Shown here one piece after another: positions 40,846 through 48,872 of a stretch of DNA of 64,000 bases. The notes under the pieces are model-generated. The model worked only from the letters and a program-made list of their open reading frames with translations, made no database searches and was not told the origin of the DNA. The translations under genes were made by a program, and so were the position numbers. Position 1 is the stretch's first letter; every line of letters begins with the position of its first letter. This DNA comes from Promethearchaeota archaeon (GTDB lineage Archaea; Asgardarchaeota; Lokiarchaeia; Sigyniarchaeales; SOKP01), in NCBI GenBank assembly GCA_048940445.1, contig JBHLON010000001.1, positions 128,001 through 192,000 on the forward strand, given 5' to 3'.

Positions 40846-40964
40846 TAAATCATCAGAAATTTTATGATGATATTTATTTTACTTCCTTTCTATTTAATTA
40901 AAATCCTATTTAATATAAGGTGAAAATTAGTATATAGCAAGTAAAAAACCTTAAGAATCAATGA

Positions 40965-40989
40965 TCTTCAAAATCCTCCATTTTGAAGA
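40965..40989 (-). terminator. Perfect 10-bp inverted repeat just after the stop of the upstream Ldh_2 gene
   Basis: tcttcaaaat-cctcc-attttgaaga. Confidence 0.45.
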
Positions 40990-40992
40990 AAA

Positions 40993-42096
40993 TTAAAATC
41001 GAAATTTATACTGTTTTAGACCAAGTTCTTTTTGCATGGTTTTAATATCGTTTTGTAGGCTTTGGTTTAGTGGGATTCCTGTTTTCATCCTTTCTACTTC
41101 TTTATAATATTCTTTTTCACCCGCAGTATAAATTCTTTCAGCTTTTGGATCTTTTTTAGAAATTCTGAGGGTTCTCATTATTGTACCTGCTGTCTTTTTA
41201 AAGGAATTGAGCCCCGCAAAAGATTCAATATTTATCGCTAGAAAAAAATGGCCCACTTTTAATCTCTTTTGCCCTTCTTCTTCGATTCCGAGTGTATCTC
41301 TCAAGAAGATTCCCTCTTGTAATGCAGCAGATAATAATTCCACCAAGGTTGCATATCCATATCCCTTATATCCCGCGGTTTCTTCTCCTTTTCCACCCAA
41401 AGGTAATAATGCGGCCTTTTTATGAAGCATTCCCTCTAATACTTTATTTGGTTCGGTCATTATTTCTCCTTTATCATCTATTACAGTATTTTGTGGCAAT
41501 GATTTATTCACTCTCGCATAAACCTCAACTTTTCCACGTTGTATTATTGAAGTAGCACAATCTATCAAAAAGGGAAAATCTTCATCACTGGGAGCCCCTA
41601 ATGTTAAGGGATTAGTACCTAACATTGGTTCTACTCCAAATGTGGGTGGAATTGATGGCCTTGCATTAGTTGTTGCTAAGCCTATCATCCCTTCTTTGAT
41701 GGCCATTAAACTATAGTATCCAGCGATTCCAAAATGACTAGAATTTTTTACAGCAACAGCACCTAGACCATATTTTTTAGCCTTAGAAATTGCTTTACTC
41801 ATTGCTTTATAAGCGATTACATGACCCATTCCATTATTCCCATCCCATAACGCAGTGGTTGGTCCATCCTTGATTACATCTATTTTTGTATTTACCTCAT
41901 ATATTCCTTGCTTTATTCTATCATAGTACATTTTACATCTTTGAATGCCATGAGATTCAATTCCACGTAAGTCAGAAGTAATTAAGACTTCTGCGATTAT
42001 TGTAGCATCCTCTTTAGGAACACCAAGCCCAATAAAAACATCCCTCATAAAATTTTCAAGAGTTTTAGCATCAAGGTATATAATTTCTTCAGTCAT
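40993..42096 (-). CDS. Ldh_2 family dehydrogenase, paralog B
   Basis: DLRGIESHG, NSSHFG, GTNPL and GYKGYG; highly similar to the neighbouring gene. Confidence 0.92.
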   Translation of the reverse strand: MTEEIIYLDAKTLENFMRDVFIGLGVPKEDATIIAEVLITSDLRGIESHGIQRCKMYYDRIKQGIYEVNTKIDVIKDGPTTALWDGNNGMGHVIAYKAMSKAISKAKKYGLGAVAVKNSSHFGIAGYYSLMAIKEGMIGLATTNARPSIPPTFGVEPMLGTNPLTLGAPSDEDFPFLIDCATSIIQRGKVEVYARVNKSLPQNTVIDDKGEIMTEPNKVLEGMLHKKAALLPLGGKGEETAGYKGYGYATLVELLSAALQEGIFLRDTLGIEEEGQKRLKVGHFFLAINIESFAGLNSFKKTAGTIMRTLRISKKDPKAERIYTAGEKEYYKEVERMKTGIPLNQSLQNDIKTMQKELGLKQYKFRF

Positions 42097-42216
42097 TTTT
42101 CATTCCTAATTTTTGTAGTTAATATTGAATTCTAGAATCTTACTAATTTCAATTTTATTATTATATTATAAGCATATTATGCAATTTTTTGTACTTCAGT
42201 CCTTTTCTTAAGATTT

Positions 42217-42387
42217 ATGATTGTAAATGATATGAATATAAAAGTTAAAGGTAAGTTTTTTAAGGAAGTTTCAATTGAAGATGACAATGACGATAGTATT
42301 ACTTACGTTTTTCCTGATACTAGTGAATTTATCGCTATACTTAAAAGAAAATTAACTAAAGATTTGATAAAAGAAGATAAGATCTAA
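42217..42387 (+). CDS. Small unannotated hypothetical protein (51-56 aa)
   Basis: ATG at 42217 or 42232: MNIKVKGKFFKEVSIEDDNDDSITYVFPDTSEFIAILKRKLTKDLIKEDKI*; convergent with the SRP RNA. Confidence 0.45.
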   Translation: MIVNDMNIKVKGKFFKEVSIEDDNDDSITYVFPDTSEFIAILKRKLTKDLIKEDKI

Positions 42388-42395
42388 TTTTAAAA

Positions 42396-42702
42396 GACCC
42401 GATTCTCGTTCTCCAATTTTTATTACTAGTACCATAAATATCATACCCCTCCGCTCCCTTACCATAAAGCGCGAGCAACTCAACTTACGGCTGCTCCATC
42501 CCTGGCCTGGCCGGGTTCATTATTATAGGCTTATACCTTTCCTACAAAAGATAACACCTAGCTACCCGCCATTATGGGGAGAGTTTCTCTGGAGTACAAT
42601 ATAGGCTAATAATAGCTCATGGAACCTTAAATCGGGCAATTTCCGTTAGGAGCGTTTTACGGTCCATCTAGCATGAGACTTCAGGCATGCCCCAGTTGCC
42701 CA
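42396..42702 (-). ncRNA. ffs: Archaeal signal recognition particle (7S) RNA
   Basis: GC-rich island of about 307 nt. The minus strand has helix 8 GGCCAGGCCA-GGGA-UGGAGCAGCC (SRP54 site with GNRA loop), a 5' Alu-like domain closed by GGGCAA/UUGCCC, and helix 5 base CCGAUU/AAUCGG. Confidence 0.9.
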
Positions 42703-42763
42703 TTAGATATAAAATAACAAGAAATAAAAGATTAATGATTTGACTTTAAAGTGAAATAATTTT

Positions 42764-43210
42764 TTATTCGTTTTTTAGTTTTGTTTCTAAAACATATCGA
42801 CAGTGTCTGTTACTATGTTCATCAAGAATACATTCCTTAATTTGAGCTTCAAAAAGGTAATTTGGAAGAAGTGTATTTAAAAAACTTCTGGTATATGGAA
42901 TACAGAGATTATTTCGAATGATTTTTGCTTGTTTTGGATTTCTCTTTCCACCAATTGGGCAAAATCCTTTAGAATATTTAAGGATAATTTCATAAGTTTG
43001 ATCACCGATTTTTTTTATTGAGGTTTTTGCTCCCAAGGCTTTATATATCTGATTCAGAGCTGGTTCTAAGCCTACAATTCCTCTTGCTTTAATTATTTCT
43101 GCTAATTTTGAACCTAATTTAGTGGAGACGGCTCTTGGAAGATTCTCTCCACCAACATCGATCATTTCGTTAATAAATGCATGAAAAAATTTTAGTACGT
43201 CTTTTACCAT
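42764..43210 (-). CDS. V4R/methanogen-output-domain-like small ligand-binding protein
   Basis: Helical N-terminus, CPIGG...LC...EC...C.Y Cys pattern. Confidence 0.6.
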   Translation of the reverse strand: MVKDVLKFFHAFINEMIDVGGENLPRAVSTKLGSKLAEIIKARGIVGLEPALNQIYKALGAKTSIKKIGDQTYEIILKYSKGFCPIGGKRNPKQAKIIRNNLCIPYTRSFLNTLLPNYLFEAQIKECILDEHSNRHCRYVLETKLKNE

Positions 43211-43365
43211 GATTAATATCCTACTAATTTCTGAAAATTTAATCTTATGTTAAAACCTACATCAAAAATCAAAATAATCTTATTTAAATTTATTTTTTTT
43301 TGTAAAATAAGAAAGACTAGATATACGTTATTCACTTCAGATGAATTTTTTTTTAACTAATTAGG

Positions 43366-43974
43366 TTATGTATTGAGTTTCTCTACTAGAGTATATCTTA
43401 GTAGTTTATCTTTATCTTCTTGAGCATAATCGATTCCAATCCTTTTTCCAAGAATAATATTTCTTGGATTTATTGATTCCCCATTACTAAAAAAAAGTAA
43501 CGACTCCGGAGAACATGCATCCGTGCCATTGAATTTAATTTTAGTAATATTTAGAGCCATACATAATTTACCCGGTCCATCAACTAAATTTTTATAATGC
43601 TTTCCAACTTTAATTCTTCTGTTTTCCTTCATCATTTCAATTCCTTCAACTGGATAAAGTTTTCTTATCAATATAGCACAAGGCATACCTTCTGGTTCAG
43701 TAATCACATTTAAGCAATGATATATTCCATAGATTAAGTAAATATACAACGTTCCTGGTTTCATATACATTACATTAGTCCTATCTGTTTTTTTATAGCC
43801 ATGACTATGACTTGCTTTATCATAGGGACCTAAATAAGCCTCAACTTCAATAATTTTTCCTATAATGTTCCCTCTTTTCGTTTTTCTTACAAGATATTTG
43901 CCTAATAATTCTTTCGTAACTTGAACCGTTTTTCTATCAAAAAATTCCCTATTTAATCTTTCCAATTCACTCAA
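43366..43974 (-). CDS. mpg: 3-methyladenine DNA glycosylase (AAG/MPG family)
   Basis: IIEVEAYLG..D.ASH, YIYLIYG...CLN, GPGKL and RIGI. Confidence 0.93.
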   Translation of the reverse strand: MSELERLNREFFDRKTVQVTKELLGKYLVRKTKRGNIIGKIIEVEAYLGPYDKASHSHGYKKTDRTNVMYMKPGTLYIYLIYGIYHCLNVITEPEGMPCAILIRKLYPVEGIEMMKENRRIKVGKHYKNLVDGPGKLCMALNITKIKFNGTDACSPESLLFFSNGESINPRNIILGKRIGIDYAQEDKDKLLRYTLVEKLNT

Positions 43975-44018
43975 TTTAATTAAGTAAATTTTAATCTAAA
44001 CTCAAAATTAAATTACTT

Positions 44019-45560
44019 TTAAGTTGTTTTCTTCAAAAAAAAACGTTTCCTTATCATACGTGTTAATTGATCGTTCACATGAGATAGATTTATAAGCTCA
44101 GCTACGTTGGCTTTTGAATTTTTTAAAGTTTCCCACTTGCTTCTTTGATTGATGAGTTCAGCTTCTTCTATTAGAATCCTCTCTAATAATTGGTTTAAAC
44201 TGTATTTTTCAGCTATTTTTTTAGCTTTCTCTAAAAATTGTTGAGTTGCTTTTAAATCCAAGATTAATAGCCCAAATTTGGCTTGTAATAAGTGTGTTTC
44301 GGCAAGAAGTGAGTAAGATTTTTGATTTATAGCAATAACATGCATTTGATTAATGTATTGCTGGATTTCATCGAATAATTTAATGTTATTAGTGTTGGAT
44401 ATCCTAACTAAGAGTAAATCACTTAAGTTAAGCAGGATTACTACTTTATATTCGTTGTCTACTATCTTATCCCTTAAGGAGTTTTTAAATATTTCTTCGG
44501 CTTTCACATGATCACTAATAAGTGAACTCAATTTTAATATTCTAGCCATATTAACACGGTAAGCAAGATATACTAATTTATTATTTTCTTGATCACTGAT
44601 CCGCTTAATTTCTTTTAAATACTTCTCTGCGCTTTTGAGATCCCTCTTAAGGAGTGCTAAAGGAATTAACTCATCAAGTGTCATTACCTTTGCTATCTGA
44701 GCACCAATCTTTTCTTTAATTGCTAGCGCTTTTTCAAAATATTCTTTAGCTTTATCTAACTCATCTTTTTCTTGATAAACCATTCCCATGAGATGAAATA
44801 TTCCATACTTTCCATAATCATATTTCAATTCTTCTGGTAATTCCTCGAAAAGGGCCTTACTAAACTCAAAATAACCTAAAGCTTGATCCAATTCACCTTT
44901 GAATGAGTAAATCATTCCTTTTAGCATATAACATTGTTGTCTTTTAACTGTATAATTAATTTTTTCACAATATTCTATACATTGGTCTACATATTTTAAA
45001 GCAAGATCATTATCCCATTTAAAACAAATCCATCCAACTTGCCATAAAGATAATCCAATATCAGCTTTGAGTCCGAGAGCTTCTCGTATTTCCAGACCCT
45101 GCTTCGCACATTCTAAAGCTTTACTTATTTCACCTTGATCGTAATATAACCACCCTTTAATGTAAGATAGAGAAGCTTTCCTTTCAAAAAGTTCTTCTGG
45201 TGATTCTTCAGTAAGTATCTTGAGTTGTTCTTCAGATTTTCCCACAAACTCAAAAGAGTCCTCCCATTTAAACTTACGCATTAAACCCATAGCCATTTGA
45301 ATATAAACATCAAGCAATTGAAGAGAATTTCCTAATTTTTGTCTTTCCTGATAAGCCTTTTGAGCGTATTTAAGGTATTCCGTTTCTCTAATTAAGTAAA
45401 ATGAGAGAGAACTTCTAAGAATATAATATGAGACTCTTTCTGCAAGTGATAGGTCTTTCCTTTTCCCAAATTCATCCAGTAGTTTAAGAGCTTCTAATAG
45501 TTTTACTTCCTTTATGAGTCGTGCTGCTTGATTTAGTTCCTTAGGTTTTATACATGACAT
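44019..45560 (-). CDS. Tetratricopeptide repeat protein
   Basis: Multiple TPR consensus units (G.IY..KGELDQALGYF, GMVY...ELDKAKEYFEKAL). Confidence 0.88.
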   Translation of the reverse strand: MSCIKPKELNQAARLIKEVKLLEALKLLDEFGKRKDLSLAERVSYYILRSSLSFYLIRETEYLKYAQKAYQERQKLGNSLQLLDVYIQMAMGLMRKFKWEDSFEFVGKSEEQLKILTEESPEELFERKASLSYIKGWLYYDQGEISKALECAKQGLEIREALGLKADIGLSLWQVGWICFKWDNDLALKYVDQCIEYCEKINYTVKRQQCYMLKGMIYSFKGELDQALGYFEFSKALFEELPEELKYDYGKYGIFHLMGMVYQEKDELDKAKEYFEKALAIKEKIGAQIAKVMTLDELIPLALLKRDLKSAEKYLKEIKRISDQENNKLVYLAYRVNMARILKLSSLISDHVKAEEIFKNSLRDKIVDNEYKVVILLNLSDLLLVRISNTNNIKLFDEIQQYINQMHVIAINQKSYSLLAETHLLQAKFGLLILDLKATQQFLEKAKKIAEKYSLNQLLERILIEEAELINQRSKWETLKNSKANVAELINLSHVNDQLTRMIRKRFFLKKTT

Positions 45561-45666
45561 AAAACTTGAAGTACAGAAAAGCTTGAAATCTTATCAATTT
45601 TTTGTTAATATTAAGAATAAGTACATTTCTGTATAAAAATGCTTTTAACTTGAAAAAAAATAGACT

Positions 45667-46428
45667 CTAACTTTTTCTTGATTTTAAAAATTTATTTTTT
45701 TTTAGTTCAAATATCGCCTTTAGAGGTAATGAGGCATCTAAATATACAAATGCATTCTCTGGGTTCAACTCTTGTTCTCTCGCAAGTTTTTCCAATTTTA
45801 ACAAATATTCTAATCTTATATCTAAAAATTTTTCATACCGTTGGTGATCAAAATATAAAAGATTAAACCATGGTTCGTTTTTACCCGAAAGGTATGTGTT
45901 ATAGATGTTTTTTGCCCTATTTATATCATCTAGCTGATCCTCAAAGATGTTTAATAAAGGATTCATAAAGTCCAGAAGTTTATGAATATTATAAATGGCA
46001 CTCCTATAATTTTTAATCTCTGAGATAAAAAATTCGCGAAGCTTTTTTGGATCTTTAGGGAATTCTTTATCGCTTAATTTCTCTTCAACTTTTGTTCCAA
46101 ATTCTTTGTTTATACGATAGTATTTTGGGGGGATTTTTTCTCCTTCCCCTTCCTTGGTTTCACCTCTTCTTGATATAATCAATCTATCATTTTTCATCCC
46201 TATCAGTATCCTTGACACAGTAGATTTGCTCTGTTTTACCAAATGTGAAATTTCTGTCACATTCAATTCATTATATAATTTGAGTATAGCCCAAATCTCA
46301 TATCTTAATTCATGTTTATCCATTAAGTTCAACCAATCTTCTTCCAGAATAAAATCATTGTACATTTCCTGCTTATTAATTTTCTTATTTGAATTTGAGA
46401 TATCGTTTTTGTTAGTTTCTTTATACAT
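45667..46428 (-). CDS. Winged-helix (ArsR/TrmB-like) transcriptional regulator
   Basis: RYEIW..L....ELNVTEIS....SKSTVSR.L..M...YY. Confidence 0.8.
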   Translation of the reverse strand: MYKETNKNDISNSNKKINKQEMYNDFILEEDWLNLMDKHELRYEIWAILKLYNELNVTEISHLVKQSKSTVSRILIGMKNDRLIISRRGETKEGEGEKIPPKYYRINKEFGTKVEEKLSDKEFPKDPKKLREFFISEIKNYRSAIYNIHKLLDFMNPLLNIFEDQLDDINRAKNIYNTYLSGKNEPWFNLLYFDHQRYEKFLDIRLEYLLKLEKLAREQELNPENAFVYLDASLPLKAIFELKKNKFLKSRKS

Positions 46429-46589
46429 TTTAATCTAATTTCCTTTTAGGGTGTTGTATATTAATATAAGGTAATTAATGTTTAAAATTAGTAAATAAAA
46501 CGGTATTTTCATACTTTAATTTAAATTTTTAATTCTATTCTCTATAAAAATGATCACAATATTTAAATATAAATCTTTCCCATATATTA

Positions 46590-46642
46590 TTGATTATGGG
46601 CCATCCCAAGATCACCATCTTATCGGGACGGCTCATGATCAA
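46590..46642 (+). promoter_or_regulatory. 5'-leader hairpin upstream of the secreted-protein gene
   Basis: UUGAUUAUGGGCC/GGCUCAUGAUCAA stem with two G-U pairs, inner UCCC/GGGA and AAGAU/AUCUU; TATA-like TTTAAATATAAA at 46562-46573. Confidence 0.55.
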
Positions 46643-46668
46643 AATTTTAATAAAACAAGAGGAAAAAA

Positions 46669-47388
46669 ATGGAAAAAATAAAACTAAAAAGATTAGTATT
46701 ATCGATTATATTAATAACAGTTGTCTTCAGTTTAATTCCTGCAGCAGTGGCATATGGAGGAAAAGAAAGTGTTAACATTAGACCTATAGAGGATTGGTTA
46801 ATTCCTGTTGTAGAGGGAGATCTACCATTAGGAGGAATGCCAGATTATGATAAAGGTCTAATCATATGGCCCTTCCTTGATGATCCAGCGACCTCACATT
46901 GGGCTTGTGCATTGGACTACAATCCTGAAGGTTTTGTACTTGAAAGAGAATTAAAAAATAATATAATGCTAATCACTATTCACATGAGTGTCAAAGATGC
47001 ACCATTCTATATTACAAATTTTGTTACTCCGATTCCTATTGCTACGCTGATATTTAAAGGAACGCTGGATTTCACTTATGAGTTAAAATTTACTATTGAC
47101 TTAAACACACTTGGACCTGATGACTATGATGAGGATGGAGACATTATATATCATACTTGGGACTATTATGTTTGGCAACTTGGCAACTTCGAATCAGTTT
47201 TCTTATGTGGTCATGGATCTGGTGAATTTTTAAACTCATTCGATGATTGGGAAGAAGGAGACACAGCAAAAATGCATACAGTTAATAATATCGTTAAAGT
47301 AGGTGAAGATTATACAGGACCTAATCCATATTATAACTTTCTTGGACTACTTGAGATAACATTAGCAGATAACATAAATTTTCATTAG
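46669..47388 (+). CDS. Secreted acidic beta-rich hypothetical protein
   Basis: Basic n-region, hydrophobic h-region and AVA cleavage site; AGAGG SD-like sequence. Confidence 0.75.
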   Translation: MEKIKLKRLVLSIILITVVFSLIPAAVAYGGKESVNIRPIEDWLIPVVEGDLPLGGMPDYDKGLIIWPFLDDPATSHWACALDYNPEGFVLERELKNNIMLITIHMSVKDAPFYITNFVTPIPIATLIFKGTLDFTYELKFTIDLNTLGPDDYDEDGDIIYHTWDYYVWQLGNFESVFLCGHGSGEFLNSFDDWEEGDTAKMHTVNNIVKVGEDYTGPNPYYNFLGLLEITLADNINFH

Positions 47389-47443
47389 AAAACTAGATCT
47401 AAATAGATAAAGATCAATTGAGGGTAGAATCTCTAAATAAAAG

Positions 47444-47521
47444 TATAGAATAAGGAGGATATCGTTTAGATAACTGGCTTCTCGATAAACCACACCCAAA
47501 CTGATTATCCTCTATTCTATA
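47444..47521 (-). other. About 78-nt long hairpin (candidate structured RNA element)
   Basis: Nested stems UAUAGAAUA/UAUUCUAUA, GAGGAU/AUCCUC, GUUUGGGU/AUCUAAAC and UGGUUU/AAGCCA; three mismatches are G-U on the minus strand only. Confidence 0.55.
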
Positions 47522-47573
47522 TATATTTTTTTTTAAAAATTTATTAATATGTTTAAATTCCTGAAAGAATAAT

Positions 47574-48305
47574 TCATTTTATTATCTTATTTTTTTCAAT
47601 AATCCATTTATCTACTATAAAAGATTGATAATTTTCTTTGTTATCAACATCATATTGCGAATGTATAGTTGATTTTGGAATCCAAAATTCTTCTCCTGTT
47701 TCGAGAGTAATTAAAAGAGCTTTGGGGCTTTCTACTTTTAGCTTTACATTTACTTCTACTGTATCAACTGAAACACCGTATTCTGTTGTTTCAACTACTT
47801 GTAGTCCGTCTCTCGCGGTAATATGTTCAGAAAATAAGCTATATTCAGATCCTTCATCAATCTTCTCTTCCTTTTCTTTAGATTCAAATGTACCGCTTGT
47901 AGCAAATTCAATTTTTTCAGATAGTATATGTTCTAAAAGCAATGTCATTAAATTTAAATTTGGAAATCGTAGCTTTTTTGTATAGTCACCAATCTTAATT
48001 CTGATTACTTGACGAGTTTCATCTTCCCATCCAACATAAATCTCAGTTTGACGCTCTTTAAAGACATGGTAACCTCTCCAATTTGCTATTCTTCTATTAA
48101 GAACTTCCAATATACATATAATTTCTTCAATAGAAATCTTAACAGTTTTTCCTTCTCCTTTGCTCGAACTCTCCCAAGTTCCATCATCTTTTCTATTAAT
48201 ACAACTTAAAAAGATATAGGGCACCATTTTTGTAGGACTAGTGATGATCATACTTGATTTTTGTCCATAGAAGGTTTTAGTGTGAAAATCTGCCATTTGA
48301 AACAA
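47574..48305 (-). CDS. Hypothetical protein, Whirly/PC4-like N-terminal domain plus small C-terminal beta domain
   Basis: Repeated beta-beta-beta-beta-alpha pattern (KTVKISIEEII..L; KKL...NL..M..LL); C-terminal ESPKALL....EFWIPKS. Confidence 0.55.
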   Translation of the reverse strand: MFQMADFHTKTFYGQKSSMIITSPTKMVPYIFLSCINRKDDGTWESSSKGEGKTVKISIEEIICILEVLNRRIANWRGYHVFKERQTEIYVGWEDETRQVIRIKIGDYTKKLRFPNLNLMTLLLEHILSEKIEFATSGTFESKEKEEKIDEGSEYSLFSEHITARDGLQVVETTEYGVSVDTVEVNVKLKVESPKALLITLETGEEFWIPKSTIHSQYDVDNKENYQSFIVDKWIIEKNKIIK

Positions 48306-48414
48306 TCTAAAATAATTTAAAAAGCCAAAAGTTTGCTATTTAATACAAAGTATAAATTCAATGATTTAAATATGTTCATAAACAAATTGGACTTTAATCA
48401 AAAAAGTAGATTAG

Positions 48415-48720
48415 TTACATTAATTCTATTTCTACAAGCACCGATTCTGGAATCTGTATCTTCATAATTAAGTGCATGCTACGTTCATTCGCAATAATCT
48501 CAAAAAGTCTCTTATGTATTCGCATCTCATATTTAGCCCAATTATTAGTTCCTTGACCAGACACATTCTTCATGACAGGGACCTTTAAATGCTTTGTAGG
48601 TAAAGGAATGGGGCCATGCTTTTTTATTCCTTGACTTTTACATACGCTTTCAATTTGTTCGCATACGGAATTTAGAGAATCTAATTGTGTGGAACTTAAT
48701 CGAATCCGTGCTGCTTGCAA
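48415..48720 (-). CDS. rps10: Small-subunit ribosomal protein uS10 (archaeal type)
   Basis: ARIRL.S, GPIPLPTK and EMRIHKRL motifs. Confidence 0.93.
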   Translation of the reverse strand: MQAARIRLSSTQLDSLNSVCEQIESVCKSQGIKKHGPIPLPTKHLKVPVMKNVSGQGTNNWAKYEMRIHKRLFEIIANERSMHLIMKIQIPESVLVEIELM

Positions 48721-48872
48721 CTTTACTTGTACCTTTATTTGATGATAAAGAATTTAATATTTTAATTAGTAATAAAGAAAATAGTTAGCAAAATAAATAT
48801 TTTATCAGTCTAAAAGTTTCATATTATATTTTTGGAACAAAAAAAAAAGAAAGATTCCCTAAAAATAAAACA

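Noticed and set aside
46590-46775. 61-aa ORF overlapping the secreted-protein start
   Set aside because: Off-frame overlap; the region is better explained as a leader hairpin.
47444-47576. Hairpin as a SECIS recoding the TGA stop of the 47574-48305 gene, or as an integron attC site
   Set aside because: No AUGA/GA kink-turn core; readthrough would add only a few residues with no redox context; GTT/AAC order is opposite to attC and no integrase is present.
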